Below are positions 11,658 to 21,696 of a DNA stretch of 55,688 nucleotides, one piece after another (positions within the stretch are counted from its first letter, which is position 1; each line of letters begins with the position of its first letter). Made by a program: the position numbers and the translations under genes. A model generated the notes under the pieces. It had not been told where the DNA came from and made no database searches. It saw only the letters and a program-made list of their open reading frames with translations. Where the stretch lies: sequence record DRR723986_5549, one strand, 5' to 3'.

Positions 11658-12299
11658 TTATTGAACCGCGTCAGGTTGATTTTCTGGCAAAGCATCTGCA
11701 AAGGCTGCTAATGCATTACATGCGCTGTCAATTCGCATGATAGTTGGAAAGGCGTCAAGCGGTGTTTTAAATCGTCGGGCATTCCAAACTTGCGGCACCA
11801 AGTACACATCCGCCAGTGTCGGCGTATCACCAAAACAGAACTGCCCGGCTGTCATACCAACCAATGCTTCGAAAGCCGAGAAACCATCTATAATCCAGCG
11901 GTGATACCACTGCTGCACAGCGCCCTCATCTGCGCCAAAGTCACTTTTTAATGCTTTAAGCACAGACAGATTATTGAGCGGATGAATATCACAAGCGATA
12001 AGGCTTGCGAGCTGCCTAACAATGGCCTTATCAGCCGCATTCTTAGGCAATAATGGCACGTCAGGGTAGCAATCTTCCAGATATTCCAAAATAGCGGGGG
12101 ATTGGCTGATGGCAACATCACCGTCCTTGAAAAAAGGCACCCTGCCTTGTGGATTAACCGCCCTATATTCCGCACTGTGCTGCTCGCTAACGCCCGGCAT
12201 TAAATTGACCGGGATAGTATCATATTCAAGCCCCTTTAAGGCCAGTGCTATACGTACCCGAAAGGCAGCAGATGATCTGAAATATCCATATAATTCCAC
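11658..12299 (-). CDS. maiA: Maleylacetoacetate isomerase (GST zeta class)
   Basis: LYGYFRSSAAFRVRIAL, NPQGRVP, SQS.AI.EYL, ACDIHPLNNL; GTG start. Confidence 0.95.
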   Translation of the reverse strand: MELYGYFRSSAAFRVRIALALKGLEYDTIPVNLMPGVSEQHSAEYRAVNPQGRVPFFKDGDVAISQSPAILEYLEDCYPDVPLLPKNAADKAIVRQLASLIACDIHPLNNLSVLKALKSDFGADEGAVQQWYHRWIIDGFSAFEALVGMTAGQFCFGDTPTLADVYLVPQVWNARRFKTPLDAFPTIMRIDSACNALAAFADALPENQPDAVQ

Positions 12300-12302
12300 G
12301 GC

Positions 12303-13310
12303 TTATGCCTTAATAACCGTTTGATCGATAGCCCCGAATATGCTGGTACCGTCTTCGTCAAACATTTCAATGCGAATATGATCTCCAAAGTCCATAAAAG
12401 GGGTTGATGGTTTGCCATCTTCAATGGTTTCAATCATGCGAATTTCGGCGATACAGCTATAACCAACCCCGCCTTCTGACACAGGCTTACCCGGGCCATC
12501 ATTCAATTTATTCGAAACCGTTCCAGAGCCAATAATAGCGCCTGCGCCTAGAGGCCGTGATTTCGCTGCATGGGCAATAAGCTGTGCAAAATCAAAGGTC
12601 ATATCAATGCCTGCGTTTGGTTCGCCGAACTTTGAGCCATTCAAGTGAGAAACAAGTGGACGGTGCAATTTATTGCTATGCCAGTGCTCGCCTAATTCGT
12701 CGGGTGTTACGCATACGGGGCTGAAGGCACTAGAAGGTTTAGACTGAAAAAAGCCAAATCCTTTGCCTAGTTCTCCCGGTATCAAGCCGCGCAAAGACAC
12801 ATCATTCACCAACATTACCAGTTTGATATGAGCACCCGCATCATCAACAGTTACAGCCATTGGCACATCGTTGGTGATCACCGCGACCTCGCCCTCATAA
12901 TCCAGGCCCCACCCTTCAGTTTGCGGCATAACAATATCACCGCGTGGGTCCAGGAATGTGTCAGATCCGCCTTGATACATTAAAGGGTCGGTCCAAAAAC
13001 TGGCTGGCATTTCCGCGCCGCGCGCCCGGCGTACAAGCTCAACATGATTAACATAAGCGGACCCATCAGCCCACTGGAATGCTCGCGGTAACGGCGAGGC
13101 ACAGTCTGCTTCAACAAATGGGCTACCTTCAACCGCGCCAGAATTAAGCGACTGGTACAACCCACGCAGGCGTGGCATCGCCGCATCCCAGTCATCAAGT
13201 GCGGCTTGCAGTGTCGGTGCTATGCCCGCCGCTTCGGTCATTCTGGTCAAATCGCGCGATACAACAATGAGCTTGCCATCGCGGCCGTTCTTTAAGGATG
13301 CAAGTTTCAT
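12303..13310 (-). CDS. Fumarylacetoacetate hydrolase family protein (probable fumarylacetoacetase)
   Basis: WADGSAY..H, DPLMYQGGSD, DYEGE, NDVSLR, GFFQSKP, GSGTVSN; lies within the hppD-maiA operon. Confidence 0.9.
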   Translation of the reverse strand: MKLASLKNGRDGKLIVVSRDLTRMTEAAGIAPTLQAALDDWDAAMPRLRGLYQSLNSGAVEGSPFVEADCASPLPRAFQWADGSAYVNHVELVRRARGAEMPASFWTDPLMYQGGSDTFLDPRGDIVMPQTEGWGLDYEGEVAVITNDVPMAVTVDDAGAHIKLVMLVNDVSLRGLIPGELGKGFGFFQSKPSSAFSPVCVTPDELGEHWHSNKLHRPLVSHLNGSKFGEPNAGIDMTFDFAQLIAHAAKSRPLGAGAIIGSGTVSNKLNDGPGKPVSEGGVGYSCIAEIRMIETIEDGKPSTPFMDFGDHIRIEMFDEDGTSIFGAIDQTVIKA

Positions 13311-13367
13311 AAAATACCTATTTTCAATTACTTATTATCGTTTGTTAAACTAATGAATTAAATGCTT

Positions 13368-13913
13368 TTAAACCTTGGGCGGGAACTCACCCTCACCGTG
13401 CAACCAGGCAGCGTGCTTCGGCGCCTTCTTGGTTTGCGACCACTCTTCCAGCATAGCTGGAGCCACGCGCTTTAGTTCTTCAAGCATGCCCGGCTTGGCT
13501 GTATTGGTTGCCAACTCGAGCCTGTGCCCGTTAGGGTCAAAGAAGTAAATCGATTTAAAAATAGTATGTTCTGTCGGGCCCAAAACTTCGATTCCCGCTG
13601 CCTCTAATCGCTCTTTTGCCGCTAATAGCGTGTCCATATCCGCCACTTCAAAGGCAATATGCTGAACCCATTCCGGCGTATTTTGGTCGCGGTCCATTTC
13701 TTTTTGGTTTGGCAGTTCAAAGAAGGCCAACACATTGCCGTTTCCAGCATCAAGAAACAAATGCATGTAAGGGTCCGGCTCGCCAGTTGAAGGCACCTCG
13801 TCTTCTGCAATAGCCAGCAGAAAATCCATATCAAGGTTTTTTTGATAAAACTCTACCGTTTCTTTCGCATCTCGGCATCGATAGGCCACATGATGAATGC
13901 GCTCTAATTTCAT
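13368..13913 (-). CDS. VOC (glyoxalase/extradiol dioxygenase) family metalloprotein; candidate homogentisate ring-cleaving enzyme
   Basis: IHHVAY, LAFFE, QHIAF, SIYFFDPNGHRLE VOC motifs; family call is solid, function is inferred from position. Confidence 0.85.
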   Translation of the reverse strand: MKLERIHHVAYRCRDAKETVEFYQKNLDMDFLLAIAEDEVPSTGEPDPYMHLFLDAGNGNVLAFFELPNQKEMDRDQNTPEWVQHIAFEVADMDTLLAAKERLEAAGIEVLGPTEHTIFKSIYFFDPNGHRLELATNTAKPGMLEELKRVAPAMLEEWSQTKKAPKHAAWLHGEGEFPPKV

Positions 13914-13972
13914 CGAACTCCCCTTCTATTGCCGCTGATCAATTCCGCAATTCTTTAGATGACAAATTGGTT

Positions 13973-15061
13973 TTATGCTGCAGTCTCGTCATTTCCTATC
14001 ACACCGCGCGCAAGTTGGTCACGCTCAATGGATTCGAACAGGGCCTTGAAGTTACCCTCGCCAAAACCCTCGTCTTTCTTGCGTTGGATAAATTCGAAGA
14101 AAATGGGGCCAATCTGCGTTTCCGAAAAAATCTGCAACAGTAAGCGTGGGTCACCGTCCTCAGTTGAGCCATCAAGCAGAATACCGCGCTTTTGCAGCTC
14201 TTCAACCGGTTCACCGTGGCCAGGCAAGCGATCATCCAACATGGCGTAATATGTTTCAGGTGGCGCTGTCATAAACGGTACTCCTCTCGCCTTCAACCGG
14301 TCCCAACATTCGAGTAAATTGTCGCAAGAAAATGCAATATGCTGAATGCCTTCGCCGTTATACTGCATCAAATATTCTTCGATTTGGCCCTTGCCGCCAC
14401 CTGATTCCTCATTCAGCGGAATGCGGATTAATCCGTCAGGGGCTGTCATGGCACGAGATAGAAGTCCGGTATATTCGCCTTTAATGTCGAAATATCTGAT
14501 TTCACGGAAATTAAACAAACTCTCGTAAAAGTTTGCCCAATAATCCATCCGCCCGCGATACACATTATGAGTTAAGTGATCAATAACGTTGAAGCCGCAC
14601 CCAACAGGGTTTCGGTCAACGCCCTCCAACCATTCAAAATCGATATCATAAATCGATTGCCCCTCTTCAAAACGATCGATGAGATAGAGCATGGCGCCGC
14701 CAATGCCCTTGATGGCAGGCAGTTTCAGCTCCATCGGCCCTGTCGGCACATCAATTGGCTGGGCGCCGAGTTCAAGGGCACGCGCGTATGCTTTTGCGGC
14801 GTCTTTAACACGAAATGCCATGCCAGATGCACACGGCCCGTGTTCTTCAGCAAAATATGCTGCGGGTGATTTTGCCTCATAATTGGTAATAAAGTTAATG
14901 TCGCCTTGCCGCCACAGCTCTACATCCTTCGACCGGTGGCGGGCCACCAGCGTGAAGCCCATAGCCTCAAAAACTGGCTCAAGCAGGCCCTTTTCACCAG
15001 CCGCAAACTCGACAAACTCGAAACCACACAAACCCATTGGGTTTTCAAATAAATCTGCCAT
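13973..15061 (-). CDS. hppD: 4-hydroxyphenylpyruvate dioxygenase
   Basis: [57 protein letters not shown]. Confidence 0.98.
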   Translation of the reverse strand: MADLFENPMGLCGFEFVEFAAGEKGLLEPVFEAMGFTLVARHRSKDVELWRQGDINFITNYEAKSPAAYFAEEHGPCASGMAFRVKDAAKAYARALELGAQPIDVPTGPMELKLPAIKGIGGAMLYLIDRFEEGQSIYDIDFEWLEGVDRNPVGCGFNVIDHLTHNVYRGRMDYWANFYESLFNFREIRYFDIKGEYTGLLSRAMTAPDGLIRIPLNEESGGGKGQIEEYLMQYNGEGIQHIAFSCDNLLECWDRLKARGVPFMTAPPETYYAMLDDRLPGHGEPVEELQKRGILLDGSTEDGDPRLLLQIFSETQIGPIFFEFIQRKKDEGFGEGNFKALFESIERDQLARGVIGNDETAA

Positions 15062-15141
15062 GCTCTAACTCTCCAAAAAACTTGTTTAGAAAAAACCAGA
15101 AATGCTATTCAATTATTAACTTTAGTAGTATTTGAGTGCAC

Positions 15142-15163
15142 ATTAGTTTCATTAGAAACTAAT
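15142..15163. promoter_or_regulatory. Palindromic operator in the divergent hppD/MarR promoter
   Basis: ATTAGTTTC-atta-GAAACTAAT, perfect 9-bp arms, flanked by TGCA on both sides. Confidence 0.7.
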
Positions 15164-15196
15164 TGCAATATTTCAATGACCATGTTTGGGGAAAAA

Positions 15197-15640
15197 ATGA
15201 CAGACCACACACTTTCGCTATCTGAATTTCTGCCTTACCGGCTTTCGGTTCTGTCAAACCGCATCAGCCGGTCTATTGCCGACGGCTATGAAGAGCAATT
15301 TCAACTATCCCTGCCCGAATGGCGGGTGATGGCTATTCTAGGGGAAGAGCCCAATCTTTCTGCCGGTCAGGTAGCGGACAGAACAGCAATGGACAAAGTG
15401 GCTGTTTCCAGAGCGGTGAGCAAATTGCTGGAGTCTGGCAGACTAGAGCGCCATTTTGCTGATGATGATAAACGCAGGTCTGTGTTGGCGCTGTCACAGT
15501 CTGGTCAAGAGACTTACACCGAGATCACACCTATTGCCCTAGCTTATGAAGAAAAGCTTCTAGGGCATTTTTCAGAAGACGAAAAACAACAGTTGGATGC
15601 ATTGCTCAAAAAACTAAACTTAAGCCAAGTAAAGACCTAG
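15197..15640 (+). CDS. MarR family transcriptional regulator, divergent from hppD
   Basis: FLPYRLSVL, EWRV, MDKVAVSRAV HTH, DKRR wing; start at MTDH (15197) after GGGGA, ORF track 15176. Confidence 0.92.
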   Translation: MTDHTLSLSEFLPYRLSVLSNRISRSIADGYEEQFQLSLPEWRVMAILGEEPNLSAGQVADRTAMDKVAVSRAVSKLLESGRLERHFADDDKRRSVLALSQSGQETYTEITPIALAYEEKLLGHFSEDEKQQLDALLKKLNLSQVKT

Positions 15641-15664
15641 CACTCTTGGGCCAATGACTTGGCA

Positions 15665-16639
15665 TCAAACTTGATTCACCACTTTCGTAAACGCCGTGCG
15701 CCAATCAGTTGTTTTCAATCCAAGCAGCAGAGACAACAAGATACGAGCCTTACGGCCAGTTAACCGGCCTGATGGGACTAAGCCTTTACTAAGCAAGTCA
15801 ATTTCGGCACCACGATAACCATACGTTCGTTCAAACACCGAGCCTGCCCGCACCCGAGATGCTAAAATCACCGGGATTTCTTGCGCGATCACTGCCAATT
15901 TTTCAGCAATATTTTCTGACACATGTCCTGCCCCAAACCCTTCAACCACAAGCCCGGCATAGCCTGCGCTTAAAACCGCATCAAAAAGGGCGCCATCATC
16001 ATCAAGCACTGTGCTTAATAGCGCAACAGGGGCAAATTCCTTGGGGATATCAAATACAGGCGATGGTTTCACCGGGTGCAAAAACACATTGCCTTCCGCT
16101 ATTTGCCCGATGGGGCCACGAACCGGGCTTTGGAAAGCGGCAACATTCGATGTGTGCGACTTGGTGACGTAAAATGGATGGTGAATTTCATCATTCATTA
16201 CCACTGAAACGACTGGCCCGCCTTTCTCCACAGCTGTCAAAGCGGCTGCCATCAAATTTGCACGCCCATCAGCACCGGGCTGTGTCGGCGAGCGCATAGC
16301 ACCCGTAAACACCATGCGTTGCGGCCCTTTGTGCATGAGGCTTGCTAAAAAAGCAGTTTCTTCAAGCGAGTCTGTACCCTGTGTGACCATAATACCGTCA
16401 CCATCAACGGCGGCAGCACGCGCGCACAAGGATGCGATTTCCGGGAAAAACAGATTGGCGCTAGCTTTCAGGGACACATTATGGGCTTGAATGTCCGCCA
16501 CATCAGAAAGCTCTGGCGCGGCAGCCAAGAGATCTTGAGCAGTGAAGGCCGGACGCACACCCGACCCTTCATTTTGAATGGGCGCCATGGCAATGGTGCC
16601 CCCGAGGCTAAAAATATGTAAAACTGGCTTTTTTGTCAT
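15665..16639 (-). CDS. L-asparaginase family protein (cytoplasmic)
   Basis: GGTIAM, TQGTDSLEET, TGAMR, ADG..NL, K.HT motifs; no signal peptide. Confidence 0.9.
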   Translation of the reverse strand: MTKKPVLHIFSLGGTIAMAPIQNEGSGVRPAFTAQDLLAAAPELSDVADIQAHNVSLKASANLFFPEIASLCARAAAVDGDGIMVTQGTDSLEETAFLASLMHKGPQRMVFTGAMRSPTQPGADGRANLMAAALTAVEKGGPVVSVVMNDEIHHPFYVTKSHTSNVAAFQSPVRGPIGQIAEGNVFLHPVKPSPVFDIPKEFAPVALLSTVLDDDGALFDAVLSAGYAGLVVEGFGAGHVSENIAEKLAVIAQEIPVILASRVRAGSVFERTYGYRGAEIDLLSKGLVPSGRLTGRKARILLSLLLGLKTTDWRTAFTKVVNQV

Positions 16640-16660
16640 AACCAGTGTTTAGCCCATATT

Positions 16661-17782
16661 TTATGATGCGCCAATTGCTTCCTTGGCAGGTTTATATGCA
16701 AGCTGCTGATCATTCGCCACGGCTTCATACGTGATGTCGCCCAAACAAACATTAAGCCCTTCTAGCAAATGCTCATCGTCGGCCAATGCTTTCTTCCAGC
16801 CTTTGTTTGCAAGAGCAAGAGCGTAACCCAATGTTGCATTATTCAGCGCCAATGTTGATGTGCGAGCAACGCCGCCAGGCATGTTAGCAACGCAGTAATG
16901 TACAACATCATCAACCAGATAGGTCGGGTCTTGGTGGGTGGTTGCCTTTGAGGTTTCAAAACAACCGCCCTGGTCAATCGCCACATCCACAAGGACAGAC
17001 CCGCGCATCATTTTGCCAATCATTTCACGGCTAACCAGCTTGGGCGCAGCAGCACCCGGAATAAGAACCGCGCCAACAACCAAATCAGCGGCAAGAACAT
17101 GCTCTTCAACCGAGTCTTGCGTTGAGAAAACCGTTTTCACCTGCCCTTTAAAGATATCATCCAATTGCTGCATGCGCCGGATAGACCGGTCAATGATGGT
17201 TACATCAGCGCCCATACCAACCGCCATGCGCGCAGCGTTGGTGCCAACAACACCGCCACCGATAATCGAAACCTTGGCAGGCGCAACACCCGGCACACCG
17301 CCCAGCAACATGCCGCGGCCACCTTGGCTCATTTCAAGGGCATGAGCGCCTGCCTGAATTGACATGCGGCCAGCAACCTCTGACATCGGCGCAAGCAATG
17401 GCAAACCACCAAAGCGGTCAGTAACTGTTTCATAAGCAATAGCAACACAGCCTGACTTAATAAGCCCCTGTGTTTGTGCAGGGTCGGGCGCAAGGTGAAG
17501 GTATGTATACAGAATTTGACCCTCACGCAGCATTTCACATTCAACAGCTTGGGGCTCTTTCACTTTCACGATCATGTCTGCTTTGGCAAATATTTCTGCC
17601 GCCGTTGGCAAAATTGAAGCACCAGCCGCTTGGTACATCTCATTTGGAAAACCAATGGCAAACCCGGCATTATGTTCTACGACAACATCATGCCCGTTCA
17701 CGATTAGCTCCCGCACAGATGCAGGGGTAAGGCCAACGCGGTATTCATGGTTTTTAATTTCTTTTGGTACGCCGATCAGCAT
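16661..17782 (-). CDS. ald: Alanine dehydrogenase
   Basis: [50 protein letters not shown]; start 17782 after GGAGAG, ORF track 17794. Confidence 0.97.
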   Translation of the reverse strand: MLIGVPKEIKNHEYRVGLTPASVRELIVNGHDVVVEHNAGFAIGFPNEMYQAAGASILPTAAEIFAKADMIVKVKEPQAVECEMLREGQILYTYLHLAPDPAQTQGLIKSGCVAIAYETVTDRFGGLPLLAPMSEVAGRMSIQAGAHALEMSQGGRGMLLGGVPGVAPAKVSIIGGGVVGTNAARMAVGMGADVTIIDRSIRRMQQLDDIFKGQVKTVFSTQDSVEEHVLAADLVVGAVLIPGAAAPKLVSREMIGKMMRGSVLVDVAIDQGGCFETSKATTHQDPTYLVDDVVHYCVANMPGGVARTSTLALNNATLGYALALANKGWKKALADDEHLLEGLNVCLGDITYEAVANDQQLAYKPAKEAIGAS

Positions 17783-17972
17783 GACACTCTCCATAAAGTG
17801 GGTAATTCAGGAACCCAAAGCAGTTTTACAGGTGAATTATCAGGCCTAAATATGCTCTGATATTTTCGGAATTTACTGCAGTTTATTTGACGTGTCCTTG
17901 CATAGTCATTTAATTTTTGACATAAATTCACAAGATTATTGTGTTATTTATAAAATATAGGTGTTTTCCTGC

Positions 17973-18443
17973 ATGCAGAAGTTTGACACGATAGATGCCA
18001 CCATTCTGGATGAATTGCAGCGTAATGGCCGCTTGAGCAACGTTGAACTTGCCGAACGCGCAGGCCTATCCGATTCTGCATGCCTGCGGCGCGTGAAAGC
18101 CTTAGATGAAAAAGGCATTATCACCCATTATGCTGCACACTTGGATGCACCTGCGGTTGGGCTACCGGGAACCGTGTTCGTAAGAGTTTCGCTTACAAGC
18201 CAGCGAGAAGAACAACTACTCACATTTGAAGACGCGGTTACTCATGTGCCCGAGGTTATGGAATGCTATCTCATGAGCGGCGACGTGGATTATATCATCA
18301 GGGTTGTGGTCAAAGACGCGCCTGATTATGAGCGCGTCCACCACTTACTAACCAACCTGCCCGGCGTTGACCGTGTTCACTCCAGCTTTGCCCTCAGAAC
18401 AATCCTTCGTCGTACACGGCTGCCTTTATTCCCAAGAAGCTAA
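17973..18443 (+). CDS. Lrp/AsnC family regulator divergent from ald (AldR-like)
   Basis: D.ID..IL.ELQ.NGRLSNVELA..GLS.SACLRRV HTH; PEVMECYLMSGD.DY; ORF track start 17961. Confidence 0.92.
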   Translation: MQKFDTIDATILDELQRNGRLSNVELAERAGLSDSACLRRVKALDEKGIITHYAAHLDAPAVGLPGTVFVRVSLTSQREEQLLTFEDAVTHVPEVMECYLMSGDVDYIIRVVVKDAPDYERVHHLLTNLPGVDRVHSSFALRTILRRTRLPLFPRS

Positions 18444-18457
18444 TAGGCACTGATGCG

Positions 18458-19456
18458 CTAAAGCCAGCTTGGTACGGGTAAGTCTTTGCTGCGCAGAAAC
18501 TCAGGGTTAAACAGCTTTGATTGATAACGCATGCCACTGTCACAAAGCAGCGTGACAATCGTATGCCCCGGCCCCATTTTTTTTGCCAGTTTAATGGCAC
18601 CCGCTACATTCACCCCTGATGAAGACCCAACACACAAGCCCTCCTTAGCCAAAAGGTCAAAGGCGATTGGCAATGCTTCTGTATCTGTCACCTGAAAAGC
18701 TTCATCTATTGGTGCATCTTCAAGGTTAGCTGTAATTCTGGATTGGCCAATGCCCTCAGAAATCGACCCGCCCTCAGACTTCAATTCTCCCGTGGTGTAA
18801 TAGCTGTAAAGCGCGGCGCCCATGGGGTCCGCAAGGCCAATAACTATATCTTTGTTATGCGCTTTAAGCCCCATACCCGTGCCAACCAAAGAGCCACCGG
18901 AACCAACAGCTGTAATGAAAGCATCAACTTTGCCATCTGTTTGCTGCCATATCTCTTGTGCTGTTGTTTTAATATGGGCTTCTCGATTAGCAACATTGTC
19001 GAATTGATTGGCCCAGATAACACCGTGTTGCTCTGTTGCGGCTAATTCTTCAGCTGTTCGGCGCGCTACATGCTGAAAATTACCCGGCTTTGAATAGGGA
19101 GCAGCAGGCACCAGCTTCAACCCTGCCCCCATTATCCGTAACGTATCAATTTTTTCCTGACTTTGCGTTTCAGGCATAACGATAAGCGTTCGATACCCTT
19201 TTGCATTAGCAACCACCGTAAGGCCAATGCCAGTATTGCCAGCCGTGCCTTCCACGATCAAACCGCCGGGCTCAAGAAGGCCTTTCTTCTCAGCTTCTTC
19301 CACAATGTTAAGCGCAGGCCTGTCTTTCAACGAACCCCCGGGGTTTGCATATTCCGCTTTACCCAAAATTGTGCAGCCAGTGAGTTCAGACGCATATTTC
19401 AGCTTTATCAAGGGCGTATTACCGATTGCTGCGAGCGCTCCGGTGAAATCATTCAT
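18458..19456 (-). CDS. cysK: Cysteine synthase (PLP-dependent O-acetylserine sulfhydrylase family)
   Basis: IGNTPLI, K.E..NPGGS.KDR, EGTAGNTG, NQFDN, GSGG, EGIG, LCDSG.RY. Confidence 0.88.
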   Translation of the reverse strand: MNDFTGALAAIGNTPLIKLKYASELTGCTILGKAEYANPGGSLKDRPALNIVEEAEKKGLLEPGGLIVEGTAGNTGIGLTVVANAKGYRTLIVMPETQSQEKIDTLRIMGAGLKLVPAAPYSKPGNFQHVARRTAEELAATEQHGVIWANQFDNVANREAHIKTTAQEIWQQTDGKVDAFITAVGSGGSLVGTGMGLKAHNKDIVIGLADPMGAALYSYYTTGELKSEGGSISEGIGQSRITANLEDAPIDEAFQVTDTEALPIAFDLLAKEGLCVGSSSGVNVAGAIKLAKKMGPGHTIVTLLCDSGMRYQSKLFNPEFLRSKDLPVPSWL

Positions 19457-19600
19457 GAAGATATCCAGTATAAATTAGTATTATAAGCTTAAATGCGCAT
19501 CATTTCTGCTAATTCAATGACAGCTTCAACTAATATTTTTGTGATAATAGAAAAAAAATTCTAACACTAAGAAATTGCGCTTTCTTGAAACCACACATAC

Positions 19601-21367
19601 TTAACTAAGTTCCTTAAGCAACGCATCCAACGGGTCAACGCTTTCTTCAACAGGGGTTGTTATGTCAGTCGGCACTTCATTGTCTTGGAAACCCTCTACC
19701 AATTGTTTGGCCCCCTTTTTCGCGCCTAAATTCTGAATAGTGTGAATATCTTCGCCTAAAACCTCGTTAATAGCGGTCAATAGCCGCGTTCGGTTAATGG
19801 GTTTTGTCACAACATCTTGCATGCCGGCTTGCATAAAACGCTCAAGCTGCTCTGGAAATGCATCGGCAGTACAGCCAACAATTGGCAGGGCTGCTTTATT
19901 TTCGTCCATTGCGCGTATCCATTTAGTGGCGTCGATACCCCCCAAAACCGGCATTTGAATATCCATTAGCACCAAGTCAAAGTCTTCCTCTTCAACCCGT
20001 GAGCAAGCCAAAGCACCATTTTCAACGGCAACCAACTCATGGCCAAGTTTGCCAAGCATGTTGGCCAGAATACGCTGATTAATTTCATTATCATCTGCCA
20101 CCAATATCTTGAGAGGTCGCGTTGCCATTGCATAGCGCATATCCCCGTAAGACAAACCAGCGGTATCGGTGGTCAGGTCTGTTTCTTCACCAATTTCACA
20201 TTTAAAGGTAAACCAGAAGCACGACCCTTCTCCCTCTTCACTGTCCACGCCAATTTCACCACCCAGCAAAGAACAAAGCTGTTTACAAATAGCCAGGCCC
20301 AAGCCTGTGCCACCAAAGCGCCGAGTTGTAGAAGCATCTGCCTGCATGAAATTTTGGAACAACTTTCGCTGTGCCTCGTTGCTGATGCCAATGCCCGTAT
20401 CTTGAACAGAAACCTTAACGGTAATGCCTTTATCATCAACGGCTACTTGCTCAGCAATTATATCAACGCCGCCCCGCTCAGTGAACTTGATCGCGTTACC
20501 AACCAAATTAAACAAAATTTGCCTTAGCCTTGTTGGATCAGAAACAATCACATCTGGCATCGCAATGCCCGGTAACCACTGAACTTGCAGGCCCTTTTCC
20601 GACGCTTTCGGCTTTAAAAACTGAACCGTGTCGTCAACAACTTGGCTAAACTTGATTGTCTGAAACTCCAATTCAACCTTTCCGGCTTCAAGTTTGGAGA
20701 TATCAAGAATGTCATTGATCACAGTTAGAAGCGTTTGGCCTGATTGCTGCAGCGTTTCCGCAAAATACTGTTGGCTTTCGTCCAGCCCAGTATCGCGCAG
20801 CAAATCAACCATACCAATAACACCGTTCAGAGGCGTGCGAATTTCATGGCTCATCGTCGCCAGAAATTCAGACTTGGCAACATTTGCAGATTCAGCAGCA
20901 TCACGTGCTTTTGAAAGCTCGTTAGCCAGTTTGGCAAATGCTTCACGCTGCTCTTTTAAAATATCTTCATTACGGCGTTTATCTTTAACAACATCCTCAA
21001 GCTGCGCTTTGGTCAGATTAAGTTCCGATACCTGGGCATGAATTTGAGAAAATTCACGGTACAAGTCCTCAAATGCTGAAGCTATGTCTGGTCTGTTAGC
21101 TAGCCCTCTAGTGACCTTGCCTACATTTATGCCTTCTTCACTAAACATTTGCTGTATTGCGCCATGATACACGGTGCTCGGCACAATAATTTTAACCACC
21201 ACATAACGGTAGAAAAGCAAGCTTACCAATGAGGCAACGATCACCCCCGCGATAAGCGAACCCCAATCAAACATGTCTTGCGGCACTAAAAGATAGTTAC
21301 AAACTGCCACTACCACAGCTGGTAGTGCCACGAGGAAAGGCATAAAAATCAAAGATTTTTTAAGCAT
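19601..21367 (-). CDS. Membrane-anchored hybrid sensor histidine kinase/response regulator
   Basis: Two N-terminal hydrophobic segments, coiled coil, [19 protein letters not shown]-box, [22 protein letters not shown]; receiver ADD..DIQMP..KP; start uncertain (21367 or 21391). Confidence 0.92.
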   Translation of the reverse strand: MLKKSLIFMPFLVALPAVVVAVCNYLLVPQDMFDWGSLIAGVIVASLVSLLFYRYVVVKIIVPSTVYHGAIQQMFSEEGINVGKVTRGLANRPDIASAFEDLYREFSQIHAQVSELNLTKAQLEDVVKDKRRNEDILKEQREAFAKLANELSKARDAAESANVAKSEFLATMSHEIRTPLNGVIGMVDLLRDTGLDESQQYFAETLQQSGQTLLTVINDILDISKLEAGKVELEFQTIKFSQVVDDTVQFLKPKASEKGLQVQWLPGIAMPDVIVSDPTRLRQILFNLVGNAIKFTERGGVDIIAEQVAVDDKGITVKVSVQDTGIGISNEAQRKLFQNFMQADASTTRRFGGTGLGLAICKQLCSLLGGEIGVDSEEGEGSCFWFTFKCEIGEETDLTTDTAGLSYGDMRYAMATRPLKILVADDNEINQRILANMLGKLGHELVAVENGALACSRVEEEDFDLVLMDIQMPVLGGIDATKWIRAMDENKAALPIVGCTADAFPEQLERFMQAGMQDVVTKPINRTRLLTAINEVLGEDIHTIQNLGAKKGAKQLVEGFQDNEVPTDITTPVEESVDPLDALLKELS

Positions 21368-21458
21368 ATTTACTGCACAGCCATTCTTCAAAAATCACAT
21401 TGGAAATGCACATTAATATCATCGCAACCAATGGATACAAATCAATCATTGAAACAAG

Positions 21459-21474
21459 GTTAAGCGACAATCAA
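21459..21474 (-). promoter_or_regulatory. CtrA-like box upstream of the hybrid kinase
   Basis: Minus strand TTGA-N7-TTAAC, one mismatch to TTAA-N7-TTAAC. Confidence 0.4.
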
Positions 21475-21696
21475 CGAGAACTGAACCCTTTTGTGATGCC
21501 ACAACTGACGTATACGCTGGTGCGTATCAGCATCGCTACCATATCGTGAGCAATAAGCGCACTATGGTTGAAGCCTTCTTCGGTAACCAAATCTATCCGT
21601 ATCAGAGGCGGCAACAATAATTTTATATTGGCTACTTATTACTATATCCATCTTCGCAATTCCTTCCCCAAAAGGCTATTCGATTACTGGTTAAAT

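Noticed and set aside
13368-13913. VOC gene as an ordinary lactoylglutathione lyase or bleomycin-resistance protein
   Set aside because: Longer than GloA, with a different motif pattern, and embedded in the Tyr operon; not excluded experimentally
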